Shown here piece by piece: positions 28,524 to 37,917 of a stretch of 64,000 nt of DNA; position 1 is the first letter of the stretch; each line of letters starts with the position of its first letter. Source of the DNA: a virus. Below the pieces are notes generated by a model that saw only the letters and a list, made by a program, of their open reading frames with translations, did no database searches and was not told the DNA's origin. A program made the translations under genes and the position numbers. The stretch spans positions 31,950 to 95,949 of the IMG/VR virus record IMGVR_UViG_3300038412_000061. The stretch is one strand, 5' to 3'.

Positions 28524-28733
28524 TTACGCCTCGGTGAAGTCAACATAGTAGTCTTGGCCAACAATAAGACTAGCACTGGTCTCATCTTTTTTGACAGTTA
28601 TGGTAATCAGCCCGCTTGGCGTCGTTCGGAAGAAGTCTTCGTTCTCGGCGGACCCCGAAATAACAGGGGTCAACTTGTAGGTGCGTGAGTAAAGACTCCA
28701 CTCTGCAGATTGGCACGTAAACTTTGCTCTCAC
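28524..28733 (-). CDS. conserved phage hypothetical protein
   Basis: RAKFTC...ENEDFFRTTPSG...YYVDF. Confidence 0.6.
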   Translation of the reverse strand: MRAKFTCQSAEWSLYSRTYKLTPVISGSAENEDFFRTTPSGLITITVKKDETSASLIVGQDYYVDFTEA

Positions 28734-28738
28734 TTTTC

Positions 28739-29542
28739 CTACTTCTTCGCCGGTGGGGTGTAGTTGGGATGAGCCTCAAGCTTGGCCTTTACCTTCTTGA
28801 ACTCCGTAACGGTCAACTCGTCGTTGTCATCGATGTGCCGACCGATCACCTGGTCAACATAGTCGCGCATAGTGGGTTCATCCATGCCGATGTTCTTCAC
28901 ACACACTGCCCAAATCAATTGGGCCTGAGGCTTGGTGACCAGATTACCAGCAGGCGCAGGAGAAGACCCAGCTGTATTGGCAATCTTCTCATTCATACCG
29001 GTCGTCGGCGCAGGTGAGCTCGACTGCTGCTGGGAGGGCTGACGTGTGGTTACAGGAGCGGCCCCAGATGGTTGTGTGATGTCGCGCACCTTTGTCCCTA
29101 CGGTGTCAGGGTCAGGGTCGCCGGTAACAATCTTGAAAGTCTCCTTGTAGAAGTACTTTTCTGCCAGCGACAGGGCAGCACTCATAGACTTGTCGTTATC
29201 ATTCTCCGACTCGCCCACCATCGTTGCCACCTCCTGCGAACCATCAGGGCCGGTCATCTTGTAATTAACGATGACTTGAGCCCAGTGTTGGTTGCCGACT
29301 ACGGCGCCCTGCTGATTGTAGATTTCCTTGTCCCACGATTTAGCGGATGACACTGCTGGTACAATAGACAGCGACTCCTGAACAAGGATTGGCTGTACGG
29401 CCTCGATAATCTGTTCGATACCCATGACCCTATAGTCACGGCCACCACCGATTCCAGCTACCTCAACCCCCTTAGGAATTTTGCCGATTGCGTCGGTGAC
29501 GGCAAGGATTGCCTCATGTACGCTCTTCGATCCTACGGCCAT
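28739..29542 (-). CDS. ERF-family ssDNA annealing protein
   Basis: GESENDNDKSMSAALSLAEKY...F.I.TGDPDPD; adjacent to YqaJ. Confidence 0.8.
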   Translation of the reverse strand: MAVGSKSVHEAILAVTDAIGKIPKGVEVAGIGGGRDYRVMGIEQIIEAVQPILVQESLSIVPAVSSAKSWDKEIYNQQGAVVGNQHWAQVIVNYKMTGPDGSQEVATMVGESENDNDKSMSAALSLAEKYFYKETFKIVTGDPDPDTVGTKVRDITQPSGAAPVTTRQPSQQQSSSPAPTTGMNEKIANTAGSSPAPAGNLVTKPQAQLIWAVCVKNIGMDEPTMRDYVDQVIGRHIDDNDELTVTEFKKVKAKLEAHPNYTPPAKK

Positions 29543-29569
29543 TGCGTTCCTCCATTTAAGTTCGTTCCC

Positions 29570-29598
29570 AGTATAGCACCTTGCCACTGGATTGTCAA
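29570..29598 (-). promoter_or_regulatory. SigA-type promoter
   Basis: TTGACA-17-TATACT with TG extension on minus strand. Confidence 0.8.
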
Positions 29599-29614
29599 CA
29601 CGTAATTCACTTTT

Positions 29615-29842
29615 CTACGAATTCATGACATCAAGGATAAACTCATACTCTGCGTCAGACCCTATGAAGACAAATGGATCTTTTGGCTGAATTTTGAATA
29701 TACCCTGAGCAGGGTTTATCGTGTACATATTTGCCAGGGCAATCTCTGGCGGATTTTCCATCGTTGGATCTATCTCTACCGTTATCACGTCTGATTCTGG
29801 CGGCAGCGACCTTAAATGGGAAATCAATTGTATCACATTCAT
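29615..29842 (-). CDS. hypothetical protein
   Basis: 75-aa ORF in operon. Confidence 0.55.
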   Translation of the reverse strand: MNVIQLISHLRSLPPESDVITVEIDPTMENPPEIALANMYTINPAQGIFKIQPKDPFVFIGSDAEYEFILDVMNS

Positions 29843-29843
29843 G

Positions 29844-30899
29844 TCACTTTACCAGCAGCGTTCGAGACCCTGGGGACGATTTCAGATACTTCTCGTACAC
29901 ATCTGGCTCCAACGCCTCCAGAGCCTTGGCATCGAAGGTTACCCTGTCTTGACCCGACTTGAAGGTCAGGACCAAATCTCCACTGTACACAGCTGCCTCA
30001 GAGTCACCAAGACGTGAGACGATCTTGGTGCGTAGTGCCTTCTCACGTTCGGTGGCGCGCTTGGTTTCCTCTTTCGCTGCGACAAAGTTGAGGACCATGA
30101 GGTAGTCTTCCTCGTCCATCTCCAATACCTTGTCTGGTGTGCTGCGAGGGTGACGAGCGGAGACAATCTCCTCCGTGGTATCTGACCCGTCAATCTCTGG
30201 CTCAATGTCGTACACGACGTTAGACCAGAATGCGGCCTCAGCAATGCAGATGTCCATCGCCGTCTTGTCATCCCAAATCAAGTCATCGTCAGGTCGTTTT
30301 CCAAGTTTTCGAACCACCAAACCCTGACCGGCCACTAGTGCAACAAACGTCACATGGAACAGGGGAACACCTATTGTCTCCAGAACCGTTCCGTAGTGGT
30401 ATCCCTGTACCAGATATGTCTCTGGTACCTTTCCCTTGGCCCATTTGTTAGCCGAGCCCATCGTGGCGATACCAGTGGTTTTGCACTCCACGATGTCAAT
30501 GATTCCTGGCGGAATCTCGGTGCTGTGCCAGACAGTCACTTCCCCCGCTGGGAACTGATCTGATGGCTCAACTTCGACATAGTCCAGGTTGACGAACATG
30601 AACGGATAGTCGGGGGACAAGGACCAAATAAGGACGGGCCACTCGACCAGTGCCTTGTTGAAACGCTTGGCGTACATCGCCCCAATGACTGGCTCAAGAG
30701 CATGTCCCCACTCGGTCGCCTCGTTGCCATGAAAGGTGCGCTCGGTTTTGCCAGCCTTCTCGCTCCAGAGTTGAAAGGCTGAGTTGAAGGTGTTGACGCC
30801 AACAATGGTGCCAGCGTCACTACCGCCAATGCCGCGAGAGCGTTCCGCCAACCACTCATCTTCCGTCATGTCCCATACGGGAATGATTGTCTCTGTCAT
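29844..30899 (-). CDS. YqaJ-like (lambda exo/RecE-type) exonuclease
   Basis: WLAERSRGIGGSD, WGHALE, NLD, VECKT, Y.VQ..HY. Confidence 0.9.
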   Translation of the reverse strand: MTETIIPVWDMTEDEWLAERSRGIGGSDAGTIVGVNTFNSAFQLWSEKAGKTERTFHGNEATEWGHALEPVIGAMYAKRFNKALVEWPVLIWSLSPDYPFMFVNLDYVEVEPSDQFPAGEVTVWHSTEIPPGIIDIVECKTTGIATMGSANKWAKGKVPETYLVQGYHYGTVLETIGVPLFHVTFVALVAGQGLVVRKLGKRPDDDLIWDDKTAMDICIAEAAFWSNVVYDIEPEIDGSDTTEEIVSARHPRSTPDKVLEMDEEDYLMVLNFVAAKEETKRATEREKALRTKIVSRLGDSEAAVYSGDLVLTFKSGQDRVTFDAKALEALEPDVYEKYLKSSPGSRTLLVK

Positions 30900-31240
30900 A
30901 CCAGCTTCCCTCCATGACGCCACGGGCGCTTGGCGTTGTAGGCCATCTTCTTCTCGAACTCTTCTTCCAAGTCGAAACCGTGAGGGGCAACGAACTGGTC
31001 CCAAGTGGAGAACAGGCGAATCAAAACGTCCGCCAGCTCGCAAGCTACGCCCTCTGGCTTCGGCTGATCATCCGGCTCGGAAAACCCCCACAGGCGGAAG
31101 GCCTCAAGCGCCTCACTAATCTCTGATGTCAAAAGGGCAAGGGAAGTTCCGAACTGATTATCGTTGGGCCTCCACCCTTTGCTATGCTCAAAGGCTACGA
31201 CCTCTGCCATCATTTCGTTTAGCGTCTTGCTCAATTCCAT
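30896..31240 (-). CDS. MazG-like nucleotide pyrophosphohydrolase
   Basis: LALLTSEISEALEA...ELADVLIR...KMAYNAKRP. Confidence 0.85.
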   Translation of the reverse strand: MELSKTLNEMMAEVVAFEHSKGWRPNDNQFGTSLALLTSEISEALEAFRLWGFSEPDDQPKPEGVACELADVLIRLFSTWDQFVAPHGFDLEEEFEKKMAYNAKRPWRHGGKLV

Positions 31241-31512
31241 TCCTCCACTAATTCGTATGTTGCTGCGAATATTTCTGGCTTACAGGGGTAGAACTCTCCA
31301 GCCACCCCCCTGATAACGAAGTCACCTGGCTGGACGGTCATGTCTCCCTCCAGGGTAGGTATGACCATGGAGACAAAGTCACATGTTGACATCCCGAGGG
31401 GGTAAAGCTTTCCCGTTTCCATCCAGCAAGTAATTCTTCCCACGTCAGTTGACGATCCGTTGAATTTGACAGCCTCTACCTCTACGGGTCTCTTACGGTA
31501 CTTAGCCATCAC
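31231..31512 (-). CDS. conserved phage protein (YRKRPV...PGDF...YPCKP family)
   Basis: KYRKRPVEVEAV...TLEG...GEFYPCKPEIFAATYE. Confidence 0.7.
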   Translation of the reverse strand: MMAKYRKRPVEVEAVKFNGSSTDVGRITCWMETGKLYPLGMSTCDFVSMVIPTLEGDMTVQPGDFVIRGVAGEFYPCKPEIFAATYELVEEWN

Positions 31513-31736
31513 TTCCCTTTCTTTGCCAACCGGATGCTGCGAGCAACATTCTCTACCAGGGTGATTTTACCACTGTCGTGTAACACCGCGCAAGTCGAGT
31601 GGACGTTCCCGAGTGAAATACCGGTCATCTGCTGCAAGTCCCTGTAGGAGGGGCCATGGTCAAATTCCTTGTACCACTGCTTGATGGCGGCGAGCACAGC
31701 CTTTTCATTGTCCTGCCTACGGTCGATAACCGTCAC
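31509..31736 (-). CDS. LexA-like winged-helix DNA-binding domain (no peptidase domain)
   Basis: VLAAIKQW...GPSYRDLQQMTGIS...VH....L...G.I.....ARSI. Confidence 0.75.
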   Translation of the reverse strand: MTVIDRRQDNEKAVLAAIKQWYKEFDHGPSYRDLQQMTGISLGNVHSTCAVLHDSGKITLVENVARSIRLAKKGK

Positions 31737-31924
31737 TCGTCCTCCTCATAGTAATCGTTGTCCCAATCCTCTGGAGATCCGAGGCGCACCACGTGAACGC
31801 AGAAATCGCCGTTGTCGTCATTCATCTCTTTGTCAGAAAGTGGTACTCCACAATGCGTCATGCACACCTGACCGGAGCAATAGCCGTTTCTTTCCCCGTA
31901 TCGTAGCCATTCGTTAAAGTCCAT
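31733..31924 (-). CDS. small hypothetical protein
   Basis: FNEWLRYG..GYCS..VC.TH; acidic tail. Confidence 0.6.
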   Translation of the reverse strand: MDFNEWLRYGERNGYCSGQVCMTHCGVPLSDKEMNDDNGDFCVHVVRLGSPEDWDNDYYEEDE

Positions 31925-32927
31925 TTGACTCCTCCTGGATTACCTTGTCAACAGCTTCCTTGATCATAGCATAGGTGTCTGGCTCGTCTGTCATTCGTTG
32001 TTTTCCCTTGACCTTTCCATTGGAGAACTGCTCGCCTTCGAAGTATACCCACCCTCCCTTGACAGTCAGAACACCCTTCTCGATGGCGACATCGTAAAGA
32101 GAGTTCGCCTTGGGCGCGCCCTCGCCAAAGATGATGTCAAACTCAGCGACCTGGTACGCAGGACCAACCTTGTTCTTCACCATCTTAACCTTGGTCCTAT
32201 AACCGATGATACGGTTCTCGGAGTCCTTGATGGGGTCTCCTTTTCGAACGTCCATGTCTACTGAGGCGTAGAAGCCGAGAGCCCTACCACCGCTCTTGGT
32301 CTCGTTACTCCCGTAGATGACGCCGATCTTCTCACGAATCTGGTTGATGAACAACACCGTGGTGCCCGTCTTGCCTGCAGACGCAACAATTTTGCGAAGT
32401 GCCTGACTCATTAGGCGCGCCAGAAGTCCAACGTTGGCGTCCCCCATGTCACCCTCCATCTCGGCACGCGGCACCAAGGCCGAAACAGAGTCCACTACGA
32501 TGAGGCCAACTTCGCCGCTCGCCGCCAGACGGTTGACAATCTCAAGAGTCTGTTCTGCAATTTCTGGCTGAGCAAAAAGCAACTTGTCTTTGTCCACGCC
32601 AAGCGTCTTCATGTAGGCCGGGTCGAGGGCATACTCAAGGTCAAGATACGCACACACGAGTCCTTGGCGCTGCGCCTCGGCCACACAGTGGAGTGCCACT
32701 GTAGTCTTCCCAGACGACAACGGTCCAGATGCCTGAACAATCCTGCCTCGCGGAAGCCCACCAATTCCCAGGGCCATGTCCAACGGGAAGATACCGGTGG
32801 AGATAGCCTCGACAGGCATGACCCCGTCGTCTCCCATGAACTTGATACTTCCGGCACCAAAGGTCTTGTCGATGTCCGCCATGGCCGCCTGTAACTTGTC
32901 ATCAACAGCCGTAGTCTTCTTAGCCAT
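31914..32927 (-). CDS. recA: RecA recombinase
   Basis: LDMALGIGGLPRGRIV, GPLSSGKTT, VVDSV, ARLMSQALRK, INQIREKIG, KNKV. Confidence 0.96.
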   Translation of the reverse strand: MAKKTTAVDDKLQAAMADIDKTFGAGSIKFMGDDGVMPVEAISTGIFPLDMALGIGGLPRGRIVQASGPLSSGKTTVALHCVAEAQRQGLVCAYLDLEYALDPAYMKTLGVDKDKLLFAQPEIAEQTLEIVNRLAASGEVGLIVVDSVSALVPRAEMEGDMGDANVGLLARLMSQALRKIVASAGKTGTTVLFINQIREKIGVIYGSNETKSGGRALGFYASVDMDVRKGDPIKDSENRIIGYRTKVKMVKNKVGPAYQVAEFDIIFGEGAPKANSLYDVAIEKGVLTVKGGWVYFEGEQFSNGKVKGKQRMTDEPDTYAMIKEAVDKVIQEESNGL

Positions 32928-32948
32928 TTCGTCCTTTCGAAAAGTCAC

Positions 32949-32977
32949 AGTATACAGCCGTTCATATCTTTTGTCAA
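32949..32977 (-). promoter_or_regulatory. SigA-type promoter for recA operon
   Basis: TTGACA-17-TATACT. Confidence 0.8.
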
Positions 32978-32981
32978 TCCC

Positions 32982-33010
32982 TTGACGTAGAAAGTTTCAT
33001 CTGCTATAAT
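32982..33010 (+). promoter_or_regulatory. SigA-type promoter, probably leaderless, for helicase
   Basis: TTGACG-17-TATAAT with TG extension; ATG at 33018. Confidence 0.8.
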
Positions 33011-33017
33011 GGCCACC

Positions 33018-35108
33018 ATGAGCCAGCCCTTTTCACTATTGCAGGAAACTCGAAGTTCCGTCACCAACCTTGCGTGGCTAGACGGTAACGAGATCCGCAT
33101 CGCATTCAAGCCACCATACAACAAGTTTGACCAATGGGTTAAGGAGTGCCGTGCGGTTGCGGGGCGTACATGGGATGGGAAGCACAACATATTCCCCGTA
33201 AGGTCGGCGGCTGATGTTCGTTCCCTCACTGAGGCATGGGGGGTCCCCGTCTCCCCAGAAGTGGAGCTGCTTGAAGCGTGGAACACCTATGTAGGGATGG
33301 CCCAAAAGGGTGAGTACAACGTCCACATGCAGAACAAGTCAGTAGTTATAACGTTTGACTATAACCCCACGCTCATCTCTGTCATTCACCACTATATCCC
33401 TGGGGTAGCTTGGCGGGGATCACAAGGCGTCTACAAAGCTCCAGGTGACAACGTCGGTGAAGCCATAAAGTTCGCTCATGAGTTCGAACTAACGGTAGAC
33501 CCTGAAATCGAAGCACGTATTCAGAGAGCGTTGGACGACGCGAAAGAGCTATACGAACACTCTACCCTACTCGATTGGGAAGACTTCAAGATACCAGGAC
33601 TCGTGGGCGAGTTGCGGCCCTACCAGCGCGCTGCTGTCGCCTACATGCAGAGAGTAAGGCGCTGCATCCTCGCGGACCAGCCGGGTCTAGGTAAGACAGT
33701 TACTTCGATCTCCACAGTAATCTATGACCAGTCGTTGCCTGCCGTTGTCGTCTGCAAGAATAGACTTAAGGAAACGATCCGAGAAGACTTTCTCAAGTTC
33801 TACCCCGACCTCCAGATAACCGTGCTTAATGGTGGGAAGCTTCAGGAGATTCCAAAATCAGACGTTGTCATCGTGAACTACGACATAGCCAAGCAAAGGC
33901 TACCCGACATATTAGAACACGGGTTCAAGGCACTCATCGTTGACGAGTCACACTACATCAAGAACGGTAGGAAGCGTTCAACCTGTACGTCGTGTGGATA
34001 CAAGGTTCAGTCTAATGCCGTCAACTGCAAAGGGTGCGGGAAGTCGGGCATCAAGGTGAACACGCGCTGGGATGTACGTCGCACAGATGCCGTTATGCGT
34101 TTGTCGATGACGCTGCCACAGGATGCTCTTGTCCTTCTCCTGACGGGCACCCCCATCAACATCCGTCCTGGCGAACTGATTCGACAGTTGGAGTGCATTG
34201 ACCGTCTGGATCTGTTTGGTGGTGAGTACCGGTTCAAGAAGCGCTACTGCCCTGACAACAAAACTGCACTCAACCTTCAGGAGCTGAACACCAAGTTGCG
34301 TGAGAACTGTTTCATTCGTCGGAAGACTTCAGATGTATATGGACAGCTGCCAGCTATACAGAACTCCATCCAACGGATGGTGTTGACTGAAGAGCAGATG
34401 GATCGATACAGGGAGATCGAGGGCGACGTAATTGAGTACTTGGCTGACAAGGCACGTCAGCGTGCCAAGGACATGGGCGAGGACCACGATGCTGCTTATT
34501 GGAACAAGCGTCACCGCATTGAACGTGCAGAAGCACTTCTCCGTGTTAACGCACTCCGAGGTGCTGTAGTTGACCTCAAGTATGAAGCCATGCTAGAGTG
34601 GATCGACACTTTTTTGGAAACGGGCGATGAGCCCATCCTTCTCTTCGCGGAGAGGATCAAGGTAGTGGAGGGTGTGTATGACAGGTACAGTGAAATGGCA
34701 GTTAAAGTCAGAGGAGACATCACGAACGAGCAGGCTCTTGAGGCGACTCACACTTTTCAAGAGCAGGATTGGTGCCGCATATTCGCGGCGAACATCTCGT
34801 CGGCCAAGGAGGGCTTCACGCTGACAAAGGCATACCATTGCGCGTTCATGGAGCTTATGTTTGCCCCCACCGACCACAGCCAAGCTGCTAGTCGTGGCTA
34901 CGGGCGCGCGAACGATCCCCATGGTATGACGGCGTATTACTTGCTGGCACCCGGAACCATCGATTACGACCAGTACGATTTGCTACAGGAGCGTCAGAAG
35001 ATTGTGGACGCCGTAACGGATGGTGAGGAGCTTGACGAGAAGCAATTGAGCATTGAGGACCAGTTGATAAAAATGCTTGAAGACAGGGGGATGAAAAATG
35101 AGGGCTAG
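33018..35108 (+). CDS. SNF2-family (SMARCAL1/HARP-like) helicase
   Basis: LADQPGLGKT, DESH, LTGTP, EGFTLT, QAASR; two N-terminal HARP-like repeats; CxxC..CxxC insert. Confidence 0.88.
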   Translation: MSQPFSLLQETRSSVTNLAWLDGNEIRIAFKPPYNKFDQWVKECRAVAGRTWDGKHNIFPVRSAADVRSLTEAWGVPVSPEVELLEAWNTYVGMAQKGEYNVHMQNKSVVITFDYNPTLISVIHHYIPGVAWRGSQGVYKAPGDNVGEAIKFAHEFELTVDPEIEARIQRALDDAKELYEHSTLLDWEDFKIPGLVGELRPYQRAAVAYMQRVRRCILADQPGLGKTVTSISTVIYDQSLPAVVVCKNRLKETIREDFLKFYPDLQITVLNGGKLQEIPKSDVVIVNYDIAKQRLPDILEHGFKALIVDESHYIKNGRKRSTCTSCGYKVQSNAVNCKGCGKSGIKVNTRWDVRRTDAVMRLSMTLPQDALVLLLTGTPINIRPGELIRQLECIDRLDLFGGEYRFKKRYCPDNKTALNLQELNTKLRENCFIRRKTSDVYGQLPAIQNSIQRMVLTEEQMDRYREIEGDVIEYLADKARQRAKDMGEDHDAAYWNKRHRIERAEALLRVNALRGAVVDLKYEAMLEWIDTFLETGDEPILLFAERIKVVEGVYDRYSEMAVKVRGDITNEQALEATHTFQEQDWCRIFAANISSAKEGFTLTKAYHCAFMELMFAPTDHSQAASRGYGRANDPHGMTAYYLLAPGTIDYDQYDLLQERQKIVDAVTDGEELDEKQLSIEDQLIKMLEDRGMKNEG

Positions 35109-35244
35109 TATAGCTCACCACATTGCCACCAGCACGTTCAGAAGGGGCCTAGCACGTCACGGAACTAAAAAGAAGTACCACCCTACTACTGCGCAAAAAA
35201 TAGCCGCCTACGGGGCTTACAGGGCTCTGAAAAAGGATTTGTAG

Positions 35245-36186
35245 ATGAGCATAAGAGTCATGAGTGCGGTTTTCGATGCCGAGGGCCTCACATCATCTGA
35301 GAAAATAGTGGCGTTGGCACTCGCTGACCACTGTCACGACGACGGGACAGAGGCGCGCCCAGGACTAAAGAGGATAGAGACGAAGACGGCTCTTAGCAGA
35401 AGAACCGTGCAGGCTGTCATAAAGTCGCTGATCAGCAAAGGTGTAATGGCGCTCGACAAGAGAAGTACTCCCACCGACCCTAACTGGTATCGCTTCATTC
35501 TCACCCCAGATGGTAGGTCATTAGCTGCGATGGGGGGTGCAGTGGTTGCACCTGGGGGGTGCAGTGGTTGCACCCCAGGGGGTGCAGTGGTTGCACCTGG
35601 GGGGTGCAGTGGTTGCACCCTAATCATCAATGAACCATCAATAGAACCATCATCTTCTACCCACACCCCTGCGGGGAGCGAGAAGTGGAGTGATGACGTG
35701 AAGTCTCTCACCGCCCTTCTCTGCGATTGGAATGTCCTGAACGGATACAAAGCCTTTACCCTTGGTCCAAAGCAGTGGGCAGATATGGACAAGCTGTTAC
35801 GTATAGATAAGCACCCTGCCGACGAGGTTCGCCAGGTCATTGAGTGGTGCCAGGGCGACGCATTCTGGAATGCCAACATCCGAAGCACGTTCAAACTCAG
35901 AAAACAGTATGACTCCCTTGTGGGAAGGATGCGTCAAGAAGGTATATCCCTTGGGCCGAAGGCGCCGACAGCACTTTCCCCAGACAACAAGTATGCCGCC
36001 ATCATCTTTGATGCCTACGACCAGGGAGAAGAGTGGTACTTCGAGGGCACTGGAGAGCTTTTGTTTGACAATCCCTCTGCTTTGGGCTATACTAGACCGC
36101 GAGACGAACAGGGGAACATGGTGGACGCGAACGGGTTGCCGTACAAGCTTGACGCTCAAGGGCGTAGGACTAGGGTGGAGGCTTAG
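35245..36186 (+). CDS. replication initiator (N-terminal wHTH, lambda O-like layout)
   Basis: EKIVALALAD...PGLKRIE....SRRTV; FWNANIRS..KLRKQYD; internal iterons. Confidence 0.8.
   Translation: MSIRVMSAVFDAEGLTSSEKIVALALADHCHDDGTEARPGLKRIETKTALSRRTVQAVIKSLISKGVMALDKRSTPTDPNWYRFILTPDGRSLAAMGGAVVAPGGCSGCTPGGAVVAPGGCSGCTLIINEPSIEPSSSTHTPAGSEKWSDDVKSLTALLCDWNVLNGYKAFTLGPKQWADMDKLLRIDKHPADEVRQVIEWCQGDAFWNANIRSTFKLRKQYDSLVGRMRQEGISLGPKAPTALSPDNKYAAIIFDAYDQGEEWYFEGTGELLFDNPSALGYTRPRDEQGNMVDANGLPYKLDAQGRRTRVEA
35536..35619 (+). repeat. four iterons GGTGCAGTGGTTGCACC (probable origin)
   Basis: Copies at 35536, 35558, 35581, 35603 (22/23/22 spacing), each an interrupted palindrome. Confidence 0.85.
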
Positions 36187-36462
36187 ATGGTTTGGTATCT
36201 TATGACACTGGCGTGGATCATCTTATTCATCCTCATACTTTTTGGAGTCGGCGTTTTCCATCGCCTCGAAGTGTCGATGGCGGAAGAGGGGAACCCTGCT
36301 GGACATCCTCTTGACGCGAGTCTCTCTAGTGATTGCATCTGGCACATCAATGCCTACATCGAGTCTCTCCCCGAGAAGCTGGAGGACCCTAGCGATGTAG
36401 GTGCCGCAGTTTATGAGGCTCTCAGTAGTTGGATCGCATCTAAGTACGAGGAGGACCTATGA
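36187..36462 (+). CDS. membrane-anchored hypothetical protein
   Basis: N-terminal TM. Confidence 0.55.
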   Translation: MVWYLMTLAWIILFILILFGVGVFHRLEVSMAEEGNPAGHPLDASLSSDCIWHINAYIESLPEKLEDPSDVGAAVYEALSSWIASKYEEDL

Positions 36463-36704
36463 GAAAGCAGAACCCATTAGTCTGGGTGAACGATCCAGAC
36501 AACAAGAACATCTTGGTGAGAGCCATCAGCACGGACGACATGTTTTGGTTTGAGATCCAAGAATTTGAACGGGGCGAGGGGGACGAAGAGTACTACTACT
36601 GCCTCTTTGCAGAAGGAACTTTGCTGTGTGATGGTGACACGATACAGGAGTGCAAGCTCAAGGCTCAGAGAATCCAAGACACGATTGATGGTGTAGATGA
36701 ATAG
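36459..36704 (+). CDS. hypothetical protein
   Basis: Coupled ORF. Confidence 0.55.
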   Translation: MRKQNPLVWVNDPDNKNILVRAISTDDMFWFEIQEFERGEGDEEYYYCLFAEGTLLCDGDTIQECKLKAQRIQDTIDGVDE

Positions 36705-37917
36705 TCTGTATGACCAAAAGGCAGAAGAGTCCGTTATCGGATCAATGCTTTTGCGAAGGGAATCAGTCATTGAGGCCATTGACATCTGTCAGGCTTCAGA
36801 CTTCTACGTCCCATTCCACGCACGAGTTTTCTCTGCGATAGAGGAACTGCTTTCCGAGGGAACACCGATTGACTTCACAACTGTCGGCGCCAAGGTTGGT
36901 GGGGACGATGTGTTCTCACGACTCGTCTCCATGACAATCGACACCCCAGCCGCCAACGCTACGACCGACTATGCCAAGATCGTTTACGATAAGAGTGTGG
37001 CCAGAACTATACTACGCGACATTGAGGGTGCACGTGAAAAGATCCTTTCTGGCGCAGACCCTTATGAGACGACAGAGGAGCTGGATCGCCTTCTTGGAAC
37101 CATAGGAACGGCTCACCTTGATGAGGTCGAAGCGGTTACGCTAGACGAGTTGAGCGAAAGCATGTCGGATGTTGAGGATGTGGTCATTCCGGGAATGCTT
37201 AACCGTGGATGGCGCACAATCATTGTGGCACCAGAGGGTAGTGGTAAGTCAACGGTGTTGCGTGCCATCGGTATTTCTGCATCGCAGGGGCTCCATCCAT
37301 TTTCGCACAGACCCATCAATCCAGTCCGTGTCCTTGTTGTTGACCTTGAGAATCCGAAAGAGGCCATAGTCGAAACTGGTTTGAAGTTCATGAAGTTTTT
37401 GCGCCCCTGGTCACAGGAAGATTATGACCCAACACGCTTCAAGGTGTTTCGACGCCCAGGTGGGATAGACCTGCGCCGAGCTAAGGACAAGGCTGACCTG
37501 CGCCGAGAGATAGATGCTCACAAGCCAGACTTGGTCTGCATTGGCCCCGTCATCAAGATGTACCAGCGCAAGGGCGGCGAGTCGTACGAGGAGTCAGCCG
37601 ACGCGGCAATGTACGAGTTGGACCAGTTGCGTGTTCGATACGGCTTTGCTTTGATGCTCGAACACCATGCTGCCAAGGGTCACCAGGGGCAGCGAGATAT
37701 GACGCCGTTCGGTTCACAAAGGTGGATGAGCTGGCCTGAGTCTGGCAAAAGCTTGACTCCAGACAAGGACGATCCAACCCTGCTGCGCGTTAGTACGTTC
37801 CGTGGTGACAGACTGGCGGGAATCCAGTGGCCTAACAAAATCTTGCGGGACAGAGAGTGGCTAGTGAACGGTGTGTGGGATGACGGAGTCCCAGAGAGTG
37901 CGGGGAGGCGACAATGA
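36697..37917 (+). CDS. DnaB-like replicative helicase (DnaB N-domain + RecA/AAA_25 domain)
   Basis: AEESVIGSML...DFY..H..VF; APEGSGKST; DLENP; EHHAAK. Confidence 0.85.
   Translation: MNSLYDQKAEESVIGSMLLRRESVIEAIDICQASDFYVPFHARVFSAIEELLSEGTPIDFTTVGAKVGGDDVFSRLVSMTIDTPAANATTDYAKIVYDKSVARTILRDIEGAREKILSGADPYETTEELDRLLGTIGTAHLDEVEAVTLDELSESMSDVEDVVIPGMLNRGWRTIIVAPEGSGKSTVLRAIGISASQGLHPFSHRPINPVRVLVVDLENPKEAIVETGLKFMKFLRPWSQEDYDPTRFKVFRRPGGIDLRRAKDKADLRREIDAHKPDLVCIGPVIKMYQRKGGESYEESADAAMYELDQLRVRYGFALMLEHHAAKGHQGQRDMTPFGSQRWMSWPESGKSLTPDKDDPTLLRVSTFRGDRLAGIQWPNKILRDREWLVNGVWDDGVPESAGRRQ

Noticed and set aside
31509-33010. Lysogeny immunity switch
   Set aside because: Divergent promoters flank recA and the helicase rather than cI/cro; no integrase in the window
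33978-34040. Intein in the helicase
   Set aside because: Insert is only ~30 aa, with no splicing-junction motifs
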